Shown: positions 27,101-39,412 of the stretch, in pieces
How positions within the stretch are numbered: position 1 is the stretch's first letter
Layout: each line of letters begins with the position of its first letter
Source of the DNA: Camelus ferus
Lineage: Eukaryota
DNA length: 64,000 bases
Direction: 5' to 3'
Assembly: GCF_009834535.1 (NCBI RefSeq)
Contig: NC_045697.1
Location: 14,386,001 to 14,450,000 of the forward strand
Made by a program: the position numbers and the translations under genes
Notes under the pieces: generated by a model
Seen by the model: only the letters and a program-made list of their open reading frames with translations
The model's database searches: none
What the model was told of the DNA's origin: nothing

Positions 27101-27895
27101 GTGTCTGAAATAAAACTACTGCCATCTTTTCTTAGCTCGCTTTCATGGCCGTCTCTGCTTCTTATCCTGCTTAATGTCACCATTGTCCTTTCGGTGGAAT
27201 GGCTGCGTCCTTTTCCTATCTTTGACTTAGTACCAAAACTGTTTCCCAGTGTTTCCAGTCACAACTTCACCCTGGGTTTCAAATCAGTCCTTTCCCTCTC
27301 GCCACTGTTGCCTTACGTGCAGGTCTCTGTCCTCTCCTGTAGGGAGGGGAGTCTAGTGGTGAAGACCCTAAGCTCTGGCATCACACTGTTCAAGGTCAAA
27401 TCCCTCCTGAGACACTAAGTAACGGTGAGACCTTGGGTTAGAGATTTAATGTCTTTTGGTTGTCTCACCTAAACGGCGATTATAACTGTGCTTTCTTTAT
27501 AAGCTTGTATGACATATTTACAATAATTGTGAAGGCTTAGAATCGTGTTGTGCTCAGTAAGAGCTAGCTGCTTATATTGTTTCTTGCATAAGATTTTTAG
27601 GCAGTTTCCCAACTGAGTTCCCTGTTTTCTCTTTTCTCTCCTTCAGCAATTTACCTGTTCCTGATTTATTTTTGTAATATTTTCTCACCCTGAGGTTTAG
27701 TTGGTTCCTTGATTCAGAAACTAGTTTTTGCTGACATTGTGGAGAACTTGTCTGTGTCTTCTCTTCAAACGTTGCTTTTGAGCTCTTGCTGTTCTTTCCT
27801 CTGACTTCAAGTTCACCACCGACCCTGCTAAAGTTGAACTTGTGTCCCAGCTCCCTTGCCTACTGGCTGGCTCTAGTCATCTCAAAACCTAATCA

Positions 27896-28625
27896 AGACA
27901 AAGAATCAGTTTTCATTTTGATCTAGCAATCCCACCTCTGGGTGGGTCTACATCCAAAAGGAATGAAAACAGGGTCTCAAAGAGACACCTGCACTCCCAT
28001 GTTTAATGAGGCATTATTCACAATAGCCAAGAAATGGAAACGACCTAAGTGTCCATCAGTGGATGGATGGATAAAGAAGATGTGGTTATATACATCCAAT
28101 GAAATATTCTTCAGCCATCAGAAAAAAGGAAATCCTGCCATTTGTGACAATAGGGATGGACTTTGAGGGACTGTGCTAAGTGAAATAAGCCAGACAGAGA
28201 AAGACAAATACTGCCTGGCACCACTTAAATGTGGAATATGAAAAAAGTCAAACTCACAGACAGGGAGGAGAAAGGTGGTTGCCAGGGTCTGGGGTGTGGG
28301 GGAAGTAGGGAGAGGTTGGTAAAAGTGTACAGTCTTTCAGCTATAAGATGAATCAGATCTGAGGATCTAATGTGGAACTTGGTGATTATAGCTGATAACT
28401 CTGTATTGTATAAACGAAATTTTTGAAGAAAGTAGAACTTAAATATTCTCAGCAAAAAGAAGATAAATATGTGAGGTGATGGATGTACTGATTAATTACA
28501 TGGGAGGATTCCTATTACAATGGATACGAATATCAAATCCCCACAATGTACACTTTAAATATCTTGAAATTTGATATGTACAATTATAACTCAGTGAAAC
28601 TGAAATAAAGAAAAATAAATAAAAA
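27896..28625 (+). mobile_element. 5'-truncated L1 (ORF2 C-terminus relic, 3'UTR, A tail)
   Basis: ORF 27942-28166 contains TCTPMFNEALFTIAKKWKRPKCPSVDGWIKKMW, the L1 ORF2 C-terminal motif, followed by L1 3'UTR and an aaataaa tail. Confidence 0.93.
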
Positions 28626-31286
28626 CCTTGGCTGACTCCCCACTGCCTCACTTTACTGCAGAGAACCAGCCTTGTGTTGGCTGTAAGAACCTTCAAACTG
28701 GTCCCAGCTCACCTTTTCTGACTGCTTCTCTCTCTTACTTCTCACTCTGACCATCTTACTCTTGATTTAGCCTGCTCCTTCGGCTTTTTCTCCCTCTTGT
28801 GAAATAATTCTTCTCCAAAGGGCCCTGCTGAAATACTACCTTTTTGTGAAACGTGCCTGGTGAGATTCGACCTCATCCCTGTGGCTGTAGCTCCATGATC
28901 ATCACAAGTAGGGGGAGAAACATAGCACCAGCAGCCAGCACTTACTAGCCAGTCACTGCTGTAAACACTTCACACGCTCACTTAATCTTCTACACAAACA
29001 TATAATTTTTGCTACTATTATCTTCACCTTGAAGGTGGGAAAATGAAGCTCAGAAAGGGTAAGCAAACTTTTCTATAGCTAGTCAGTCACGGAACCAGGA
29101 TTTTAACCAAATAAGCTGTTCCTAGAGTTATCACTCTTCTTAACCCTAATACATCTCCAGTGCTGCCTCTCACAGCACTTTACTTGTATTCATTGCGTCC
29201 GAATGATTTTTGTACATGTTTGTTTATTTCTATACGATGTCAGCCTTCAGACACAGTGATTTATAGTGTTTCCCTGTTCCTGGCACTATTACTTTTCAAA
29301 TAGTGGATGCTCTGTAAGTGTATGCTGCATCAAAGTGCCAACATACTAAACCTGCCAATAGAAACCAGCTGTCCTGGGACCCCCTGCCTCCAGCCTTCCT
29401 GTACTAAGACTCATTCATGATTTAATGAGGATGTCTAGCAGAAAAATGATGGGCCAGAACAAAGAACGTCTATCTTTCTGTTTTGTCACTGAATACCTGT
29501 GTAACTTTGGACAAGCCACTTAATCTCTCCATTTTTTAGTTTGCTAAACAGAGACTTCAACCCCTCTGCTCTGTCATTCTCCCAGGAGTTTTGTGAGGAT
29601 GAAATGAGATAAGCAATAGGAAAGATTCTAAGACTTGTAGACACCTATACGAAGGGATGGACAAATATTCTGATTAGGAAAACACATTGTTTACGATAAG
29701 TAAATGAGGGTGTCAATTAATATTAAATCTGGGTTAAGCAGCATGTCTAAATTTCCCTACTCCCTCCTTCTCATGGGTGGTGAAGTCCTACGAAAGGAGT
29801 AAGTTTTGCACTAGCTTTGAAACAGCTGTCATTGTCAGAGCCAGAAATAAGAAATATCATCTCATTGGCTCCCACAACGCAAGGCTGAAGCCCAGGCTCT
29901 GCTTCTCATTTGTAGGTGGTGAGACTGGGGTCCAGAGAGGGGAAATAAGTCATTCAAGGGGCTACCACAACCTTTCTGGACAATATGAGCTGTACAAGGG
30001 TGTCCTATGTTAAGCAGATAAGTGGAAAAAAAGACTCAGCCTTGTTTTCATGTAAAAATGACCAATACGATACACACAACTAGAGAAATGGTAAAGAACA
30101 AAAACTCTGGATTTCCATTTCCAGGGTCACCGCTCTCCCTCCCCCTCCCCCTCTAACTGATGATGTAATTCAGGTGAATTCCTTAACCTCTCATCCCTCA
30201 GTCTTCTATCCTGTACGACTGAAATAATTGTGTCCATTTTATAGGGTAATTTTTAGGATGTAATGACTTAGAACTGTCCAAAACTCTTAGAATGGCACCA
30301 ACCACATAGTAAGTGCTAGAAACTTGTTAAATAAATAAAAACAACATCTGAGAATTTGAAAATTACATTTTTTTGGAATTCATACGTATGGTGACATTGA
30401 AGGGCCATGCTACTTGCAAATTAAGCTTACAGACCTTCACAGGTTATGCATCTGTTCCTCCAAAGATTTTTCTTGACTACATGCCCAGGTTAGAGCTTTC
30501 AGCTAAAGTCACTAAGGAGCTAGTATGAGATTAATTAATTTTCAGAAGGTTAAAACTTTAAAAAATTTTCCTGGAGGTTACTGTTGTATTTTTAATTGGC
30601 AGCATGTTGGCAGTTCAACTCACTTTTGAAAAACAAGTACTCCAACAGCCAAATGCTGATGCTTTCTGTGCCAAGAGAGGCATCAAAAACTTTCCACGAT
30701 CAATATGCCACCAGGAAAAACAGAACACACTGAAATGTTATGCCGTGTTTGACACCAAAAATCTGAAAGCAAGTTAGGAAACTGTGCTTTGCAATAACAC
30801 AAGGCAAATATTGATGGTAACTTATCAGTTAGTTTTGAGTCGTCTGGCCTCACAATAACCTTGTCGCATTTGCCCTCTTGTGTCTGTTCAGATCAACAAC
30901 AAAAACCCCTGGATGAAGCTTTAATTTAGTGAATCAATTCTTTTGATTGAATGAGGCCACTGAGCTTTTATTGGGTAGATGTTATTATGAAGTAAATTTA
31001 GATAAAACATTCATATAAATATAAGCATACATATAATCAAGTGTTCTATATTTTATCTTTTGCATTAGCTCCTGACTATTATTTAGTAAGCTTTTTGTCT
31101 CCATAATATCCTTTGAATAAATAGGGAAACAATTACTTTAGAAAAAATTAACTGGGGCATGGAGAGATAAAGTGAGTGACTCAGAATCATCCAGTGAGGA
31201 GACACAGCCACAGACTTGATGGCATTTATTTTTCAAAGAAAAAGTATTTGTGCTTACATAGAGTATAGAAGTTAGGGACTTCCTTC

Positions 31287-31943
31287 TTTTTTTTTGAAAT
31301 TGAAGTGTAGTTGACTTACAACATTATATCAGTTTCAGGTATACAACAGAGTGCTTCGATATTTTTATAGATTATATTCCATATAAATTATTATGAGATA
31401 TTGACTATTTTCCCTGTGTTGTACATTACATCCTTGTGTCTTATTTATTTTAAACCTAGTAGTTTGTATCTCTTAATCCCCTTCCCCTATTGTGTCCTAT
31501 CCTCCACCTCTCTCCCTGCTGGTAACAACTTGTTTGTTCTCAGTATCTGTGAGTCTATTTCTGTTTTGCTGTATTTGTTCATTTGTTTTAATTTTTAGAT
31601 TCCACATATAAGTGAAAACACACAGTATTTTTCTTCTTCTGTCTGACTTGTTTCACTAAGTATAAGACCCTCCAAGTCTGTCCATGTTGTTGTCAATGGC
31701 AAGATTTCATTCTTTTTTACAGTCGAGTAATATTCCATTATATATATACACACAACACATCTTCTTTATCCATATATCTGTTGATGGGCACAGGCTGCTT
31801 CCATATCTTGGCTGTTGTAAATAATGCTGCTATGAACTTTGGGGTGCATGTGTCTTCTCAAATTAGTGTTTTTGTTTTCTTTGGATATATACCCAGGAGT
31901 GGAGTTGCTGAATCATATCGTAGTTCTATTTTTAGTTTTTTAA
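31287..31943 (-). mobile_element. 5'-truncated L1 3' end
   Basis: Poly-T then gaaattgaagtgtagttgacttacaac...tagattccacatataagtg...tgttgatgggca...ggatatatacccaggagtgg. Confidence 0.92.
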
Positions 31944-32019
31944 GCCATTCATGAAATAGCTAAATTCCTTAATCCTACAATTATCTATTCAATATCAACA
32001 TACATCTATAAGCCAGTTG

Positions 32020-32251
32020 TCAGCCTCCAAGATATCACGGAGTTGAGAACAAATCTTACAAGAAGAAGAGCAGTGTGACTGACTCTGAGAACTGTCACTG
32101 ATCCTATAGGTCCCCTAGCCCTGGGTACATCATCAGCCTTGTTGGGTCCAGAAACCCTGCCCACATCTTTGCAAACAGTCCCTTCATTAAACTCCCATGC
32201 ATTGCCCCATTATGTGTGCCTTGTGTTTTCTGCCTAGACCCTGACCAATAC
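32020..32251 (+). mobile_element. LTR33/LTR41-like ERVL LTR 3' fragment
   Basis: cctgcccacatctttgcaaacagtcccttcattaaactc...tgtgcc...ctgcctagaccctgaccaatac. Confidence 0.65.
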
Positions 32252-35129
32252 CTAATCATAGAATGTCAGTGTTAGAGAGTACTGGATTTGGAGTCAAGCC
32301 TCTCATTCCTGATTTTTTTTTTTATAGCTTTGTGATTTTGAGCAAGCAAATGATCTCCCTTCTCCAGATCTGTTTCCTCACATATAAAATAAGCTATACT
32401 CTTATACTAATAGGCTATTACCATTATAGGATATATAATAATATTTAAAGTATAATGACCACATCCTTAGACAGACTCTGGCTCAGTTGGCACATGGACT
32501 TTCCCATATGCCAATCTCGAAAAAGTGCCCTTCACTCCTCCCTTGAGTTTTTCCAGTAAGACTTCATCTACTGAGGTGACAGTCTCATATCATACAATCA
32601 TTTGATAAATTATTCAAGAAGTATATTTGTACCACTGGACCAAGGGAAAGCATTAGGTCTGGCTCTCTGCCTCCAGGAAGCTGGGACTTACATCCCCATT
32701 TCACAACTGAGACAGCTGTGTGAAAAGACTGTAATGATTTGTGCAGAATCACACAGCTCAGAAGCTGGAATGAAACCCAGGCTTCCTCAGTCAATATCAG
32801 AGGTAGCCGATGCAGCTCAGTCTGACAAAGCGATGAAGACAGGAGTTTCTGGAGTCCGACTCCCAGCTCTGCCAACAGGGACACTCGCTTTGCTTGTCTG
32901 TGCCTCAGTTTTACCAGCAATTATATGGGGGGAATTCCTACACTTGCCTCAGAAGGTGGTGGGGAGTATCAGCTGAGTTAACACTTGTCATATATACAGA
33001 CTCGTGATGTTTCATGCACTAAGTACTTTGCATGAGTTATCTTGTTGAATCCCGACAACCACCCATTTTTCTGAAGATCACAGTGGCCTTTCTCTCTGTA
33101 TGTGAATAAATTATACTGCTTTGCTCCTTAGAACCTTTGCAGTTGCCGTTACCTCTTCCTTGGACCACTTCAGACCCTCTAGCGACCAGCCTTCTCTGGT
33201 TTTAGGGTCTCAAATGTCACTCATCAATGAAGCAAAGTATCTCCCCTGCTTGCATTCAGCTTCCATCGTATTACCATAGGCTTTCTGCCTTCATAATGCT
33301 CATCAGTTCCTGAGATTATCTTGGTTTTCATGTTTTAGCCTCTCCTCCCATGTAAGCTCCATGAAGGCAGTGAACTGATACACCCTATTCCTCCCTATAA
33401 AGCCAATGTCTAGAGTCATGCTTGCCACATACAGTCCCTCAAAAAATACTGTGGGATGAGTAACTAAATAAGGAGACTAAGGGGCCAGAGGATTTAAGTA
33501 AATAGTTGCAGGCATTTTGTTTAATATGAGGCACAATAGGAATTCAAGTGCATGAATGCCCCTAAGCCCACGCTGCCTCCACTGGCCTCTTTCAGTCTTT
33601 CTTGGAAGAGAAAATGAGGGTTGGTGCGAGAGTCCTAGCACAAGAGATAAAAATATATTCATTTAAAAGATATTTCAGAGAGAAACTGACCAGAGTTTAG
33701 CGGCCAGTAAGATGGTGGTGGGGTGTGGGGGCATAAAGCAGAGGAACCATGAATCCAGCTTCAGCAACTGGGCAGCTAGTGATGCCGGTGAATAAGAACT
33801 CAACTGTGGTGCTGGGCGGTGGTGATCAGGCCACTACATCTGGCAGGTGGTCTCGTCTGTGTCCTGGCTTGGTGCTCAAAGAGCAGTGGGCACCTGGCCA
33901 GCTGAGGGGATGCAGGCCAGCAGCTTGAACAGCTGGTCCTTAACAGATCGCCCAGGTGTCGCCAGCCTCAGTTCTTACTCACTTCTCACTCTTGTTTGGC
34001 AGTTATTAACCAGGCAGAAGACATTCCAGGTTCTAAGTGAATTCTCACTGGCTCACACCTATCCAGGCGGGCCACCCAGGAGGGGCCACTGCTGGTTCTG
34101 TCACTTCCTCCTTGAAGCCTTGTTTGTTGTTCCCAACACCTCTCGAAGGCAGCCGGACTTGAATATTTGTCTGACAGTCTTATCAAACATCAAAGTCAAG
34201 ACATGTGCTCTAATATAAGAGGTTTGGGACTTACTATTTTTACCTTTTATTAAAAATGGGAAAATTTGATTTTCAAAAATTTAATAATGCCAATGGTTTT
34301 TCATGCAGAAAATCTTTGTTCTATGCTACTTCTTTTAATGCTTTCATTTGAGTCACAAGTGGCAGAACTAATATTTCAAGTCTGTATTTAATAAATGGCT
34401 ATAAAACATATACAGTTTCCAAATATTGAGGATATTAAGTCTATGTAAAAAAAACACTCAAGACGTAATATGTGTGATGTGTTTAAATATTTGAAAGATC
34501 AACTCAAAAAACAATATTCTAGTATATATGAGGAAGCTTGTACTCACATAATTTAATTCTTTCATCTGGGAGAAAATAATCTTAAAGGCACACAGATATA
34601 TACAGAGAGATGTTTATCTCAGAGCTCTTTATGTTTTGGGGTAAAAAGAAAAAAAGGGGAAAAAAATCTAAATATTCAAAAGCCAGGGAATGCAGTTAAA
34701 TACAACATACTGTAACTATACATGTAATGTTATGCTTGGCATTAAAATGACATTTCCATTTTAATAACAAGGTTAATATTTATGAAAGTATGCAAGGTAA
34801 GAAAAGGATAAATTTTTGGTATGGATGCAATTATTAAGGTACACACATTGATGAAAAAAGATGTCACTGATTCTTTGTAGTTACTTCAAAGTACAGGAGC
34901 ACAGAAGGATTGTGTGTTGTGTGCTGTGTGTTGTGTGGCATGTGTGTGTATCACTTCTTATCTTTTTTTTTTTTTTTTGTACTTTCCAATGTACTGCTAT
35001 GAACGTGAGTTACTTTTATAAATGAACTATTCACCTTCCCAGCTTGAAGGGGGAGGAGGAGGAGGAGGAGGACGAGGAAGGCTGTCCCCGGGAAGAAGGA
35101 ATGGACACTGAAGATTCCTCTCTGGGGTA

Positions 35130-35310
35130 GGACGAGTACCAGTATCCTAGGAAGTTAAAGGAAGGCCGATTTGGGCTCAGCATGAGGAAGAATGTATTGA
35201 AATGGGTATTTTCCTGAAGAAGCAGTGCTGCTCCCAGTGCCGACAGAAGGAGTCCGTGGGGGAACTGGGTATGACGTGAGGCTCCCTTCAAATTCTTGGG
35301 TTCTGTGATT
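35130..35310 (+). mobile_element. L3/CR1 LINE 3' fragment
   Basis: ggaagttaaaggaaggccgatttgggctcagcatgaggaagaa...gaggctcccttcaaattcttgggttctgtgatt resembles the CR1 3' end. Confidence 0.6.
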
Positions 35311-35571
35311 TGGGGAATCTAAGTGCTCCATTACTCAGCAGAAATTTGGGGCTTTCTACACGAAAGAGGTATTTCTTTTGTTATTTGCATAAGATTGGTA
35401 AATCTCATGTTTCTGCCAAGAGGAATGATTGATCCCTCCCCCTTTTCATTTATTTATTTCTTACAGTTCTGGAGACTGGGAAGTCCAAGATGAAAAAACT
35501 CTTTCTTATCTGCCTTCTTGAAAAAAGGAAATGGAGTTTAGGATGACTACTGGCCTCTTAGTAAACCAACT

Positions 35572-35596
35572 TTCAGCTTTTCAGCTTTTCAGCTTC
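35572..35596. repeat. Short tandem repeat (TTTCAGCT)x3
   Basis: tttcagcttttcagcttttcagctt. Confidence 0.85.
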
Positions 35597-36042
35597 ATGG
35601 GATCTGGTGGAGAAATTTCCACAGCCACTATGCAGGTCAGTCCAACCCAGAACTAGCCCCGCCAAGGGCTCTCTGCATGGACACATTCGGTGCCCACACT
35701 CTTCCTCCTGGTGGCCTCTGCCATTCTGGTACCTGTCTCTAACCACCCGCCTCCTGCCTCATGTTCTCGTATCATCTTTTCAGTCCTGTGCCCAGATGCT
35801 TAGGGTCCAGATTATGGAGAGGGATCTAATAGAAACACCTTTCTAACACAGCAATGGAGTTAATGTGGTCTCCTTTTCAAGTAATCTGCTTTGACCTGCT
35901 GGGTTTTTCTTATGATTTGCAGCTACTATGGAAAATGGTGGTTAGTGGGGGAGGGAGTTTTATATCTGCAGACCTTTGGGGATTCACAAATCACAGGCCA
36001 TGTCTAGTGTGGGTTCAATATCAGCTATGAAATCCCAATTTT

Positions 36043-36338
36043 ACAGACTCACAGACATAGTAAACAATCTTATGTTTACCGGAGGAAAAGGGGTGGGAAG
36101 GGATAAATTTGGGAGTCTAAGATTTGCAAATGTTAGCCACTGTATATAAAGTAGATTAAAAATTTTTCTTCTGTATAGCACAGGGAACTATATTCAATAT
36201 TTTATAATAACCTTTAATGAAAATGAATATATGTATGTATATGTGTGACTGGGACATTGTGCCGTACAACAGAAACTGACACATTGTAATCGACTGTACT
36301 TCAATAAAAAAATATATATATATATATATATACATATA
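36043..36338 (+). mobile_element. Relatively young L1 3' end with (TA)n tail
   Basis: acagactcacagacatagtaaacaatc...gatttgcaaatgttagccact...gaaactgacacattgtaa...cttcaataaaa. Same family as 61867-62388. Confidence 0.9.
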
Positions 36339-37041
36339 TCAGTTTTTAGAGTCAGTCCGCTAAAATTTTTTTAGTATCTTCTATTATTTTTTTTCCCCCT
36401 TCAAGAAACGTCCTGACTTTTTCCTCACACTAAGTTGAAAATTATGTTGCATGCTCTGTGAACATTTATACGGAGCGATGACTTTCCGAGATACTGATTC
36501 AGGAAAAGCACTAATGGAGGCATGATGATTTTGTCCTTTGCAAAATGAATAGACAGATCCATTTGAAAGTTATATTTTACCTGTCTGCTTTGTACAAATG
36601 ACTATGTTTTTGGTAAATATCTGGTAAATTGGCAATTTTGATTTCCACTTGAAAGGAGAAAAGCAACGGCTCTAATAACCAACATTCGCTGACAAACTGT
36701 AGCAATAAAAACGTCTACAGTCTCAGTATCATGTAGGATTAAGATTTTGCATCATTCTGGACTGTAGCTTTCCAGGTTGCTGAGGGCATATTATGTTTTG
36801 TTTGTGAGATGGTGTGGGTGTATGTGCAATGAAGGGAAAAAAATCAAAGCAATGCATTTTAACTATAATTTAAAAATTGTTTTGTCCATAGGATTATTAC
36901 TGATAAAAGCAATTCCGTCCTGTCTCCTTTCCCTACAGAAGGTTCTAGAAGAACGGGCCTTTTAAAGGCTGTTTTATTTACTGCTCTATCTCCTAGCACA
37001 GGAACAGGAACTGACATATGATAAATATATGTTGAATAAGT

Positions 37042-37154
37042 GGGGAGGGTATAGCTCAGCATGCACAGGGTCCTGGGTTCAATCTCCAGTACCTCCATTT
37101 AAAAAATAATCTAATTACCTCCCCCACAAAAAACAAACAAACTAAAAACTGCCT
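37042..37154 (+). mobile_element. Vic-1-type tRNA-derived SINE with internal deletion, inserted in an L2 tail
   Basis: ggggagggtatagctcag...gtcctgggttcaatctccagtacctccat...ctaattacctccccc. Flanking duplication ataaatatatgttgaat at 37021-37037 and 37155-37171. Confidence 0.85.
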
Positions 37155-37701
37155 ATAAATATATGTTGAATGAATAGGTGAATTAATTAAATCATATTAT
37201 TGTGATATGTTACCTTTGGTCAATACCACTGAAATAAATCATTATTCTATTCTGGGACTTTTGACTGGACATATTGGGTTGTTTAAGGTACTTTCTGTAT
37301 TTTCTTTATTTGTACTGTGGAGACTAGTGAAATTTTAGAGCAGCCACATTTTTAAATCACTCACTGAGTTCATCAGTTCCTACAAAATGCTGTGGTAGAA
37401 AAGAGAGTAGGTGAAGAAATGGGTTACGGCCCCACAACCAGAGTATCTCACCTAGCTCCTTAATCTTTTGTCTCCTCACTGGCAGAGAGCACTCTACCTT
37501 CTCAGTCTGATTCTGACACTTGTTAGATGCTTGAAAAAGAAAATTGTGTATGAAACAATGTTTGTAAACATAGAACATGTGTCAACGTTCATTTTAAATT
37601 ACACGTGGCGTCTTTATACAATACATAGAGGGTTTCCCTTTAGTTATCCTCTATTTCTGTTCCTTCAGAATGCCGCAGAATTGGAGAGAAAGTGGGGGGA
37701 G

Positions 37702-38665
37702 TGTGTGATTAGTGTGATGTGTCAACTTGGTGAGGCTACAGTACCCAGGTATAAACACTAATCTAATTGTCGCTCTGAAAGTATTTTGAAGACCTGGTTG
37801 AGATCTACTAACAGTGGACTTTAAGTTAAGGAGATTACTCAGGATAGTGTGGGTGGGCTTCATGTAATCAGCTGAAAGGCCTTAAGCAAAAACTGAGATC
37901 TCCTGAACAGGGAATTCTGCTTCAAGACTGCAGCATCCAAGCCTGTCTGAGTTTCCGGCCCATCGGCCCGCTCTGTGAATTTTGGACATGCCAGCTCCTA
38001 CAGTCAGGTGAGCCAATTCCTTAAAGTAATTCCCTTTATTTATATATATACACACATATATATGTGTGCATGCATATATATACATATATGTATGTGTGTC
38101 TGCATATCATAGGTATATATACATGTATGGGTATACATATACAGACTGTCCCAGGCTTAATGAAGTTTCAACTATGAATTTTTGACTTTACAAATGGTGT
38201 GAAAGCGATACCTATTCAGTAGAAACTGTACTTTGAATTTTGATCTTTTTTCTGGGCGAGGAGGCGATATGCAGTACAAAATGCTGTTGTAATGCAGGAT
38301 GGTCGGTGGCAGCGACCCGTAGCTCCCAGCCAGCCACGAGGTCCAAGAGCATGCAACTGGTACAGTCATTCTGTTTTTCACTTTCAGTCCAGCAATCACT
38401 AAATTCCATGAGATATTCAACACTTTATCATATAATAGGCTTTGTGTTAGATGATTTTGCCCAACTGTAGGCTAATGTAAGTGTTCTGAGCACATCTGAA
38501 GTAGGCTAGGCTACAATGTTGTGGGTCATGCGTATCAAATGCACTTTTCACTTACAATGTTTTCAACTTAAGAAGGGTTTATCAGGATGTAACCCCACTG
38601 TAATCTGAGAAAGCTCTGTAGGTATATATACGTACTGGTCCGTTTTCTTAGAGACCCCGATGATA
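37702..38665 (+). mobile_element. MLT2-type ERVL LTR split by a Tigger element
   Basis: tgtgtcaacttggtgaggctacagtacccag...gtgggtgggcttcatgtaatcagctgaaaggcctta...gagccaattccttaaagtaa; resumes ctggtccgttttcttagagacccc after the insert. Confidence 0.85.
38142..38618 (-). mobile_element. MER47/Tigger5-family TcMar DNA transposon
   Basis: TA flanks (38140-38141, 38619-38620), CAGA...TCTG termini, and MER47 body gatgattttgcccaactgtaggctaatgtaagtgttctgagcac. Confidence 0.88.
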
Positions 38666-39163
38666 AAGGTTAAGAGTCGGCAAAGAAGGAAAGTCACATT
38701 TGTCTAAAGGTGTTGTTCCACTTTACGGCAGTTTTGCGAACCTAGCAATACTTCTGAAGCTTGGCAGTATCTAAATTACACAGCAAACACATGCACGTGA
38801 GACAGGAACTTTACAAGGTAACGCAGTTTCAAGTGCACAGCCGCTCCGCTAACAATTCAGGCGGCGGGAATCCGCGTCACCCGAGCCTCAGATCAAACAA
38901 AAATTCCACATGTTTTGAAGCCCAGGCTCCCCTCACTAATACTGTGCCGTCAGTCTGCCAGATGGGAAGTGCTTCCCAATTGCACAGAAGTTCGCCCGGG
39001 TACTGAGGTCCACACGAGCACATCAATCGAGCTGGTTTGGCGGAACATAATACATGGATTCCTTTTAGAAGCAGAGGCCTACGACGCATGCAGACCCCTA
39101 CACACAACACAAACAAACAGTTTGGGGGAGGGAAAAAATAAAAACCAAAACAAAGAAACTTGC

Positions 39164-39265
39164 TTTGAACAGCAGGAGACGACGTTTTGGCAGCGGAGCA
39201 GGGCAAGAGCTTCATGAGCCGCTCTTTAATGCTGCGCTTGGCGCTGTTCTGCGCGTAGAGGAAAC
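39164..39265 (-). CDS. KCNIP4: KCNIP4 exon 2 (102-nt symmetric phase 1-1 cassette exon): (G)[33 protein letters not shown](N)
   Basis: Acceptor gtgtcttccag|GTTTC, branch-point-like GCTAAC about 24 nt upstream, donor GTTCAAA|gcaagt. Embedded in supplied ORF 38877-39488. Joins exon 3 in frame (A+AC = Asn). Confidence 0.97.
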
Positions 39266-39412
39266 CTGGAAGACACGGATCGCTTCCGTTAGCGCCGCGG
39301 CGCGGACGCTCGCGGGCACGCGCGCGGGGCGGCGGGGGCGGCGGGCAGGGACGCGCGGCAGGCGGCCACTCACTCGCCCAGGCGGTCACAGGCAGAGGGC
39401 TGGGGCCCCGGA
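39225..39412. promoter_or_regulatory. Small CpG-dense, GC-rich patch over the exon 2 acceptor, with a G-quadruplex motif at 39326-39350
   Basis: gcgccgcggcgcggacgctcgcgggcacgcgcgcggggcggcgggggcggcgggcaggg; very high CpG density against a depleted background. Confidence 0.6.

Noticed and set aside
27942..28166. Functional L1 ORF2
   Set aside because: Short, frameshifted, 5'-truncated relic.
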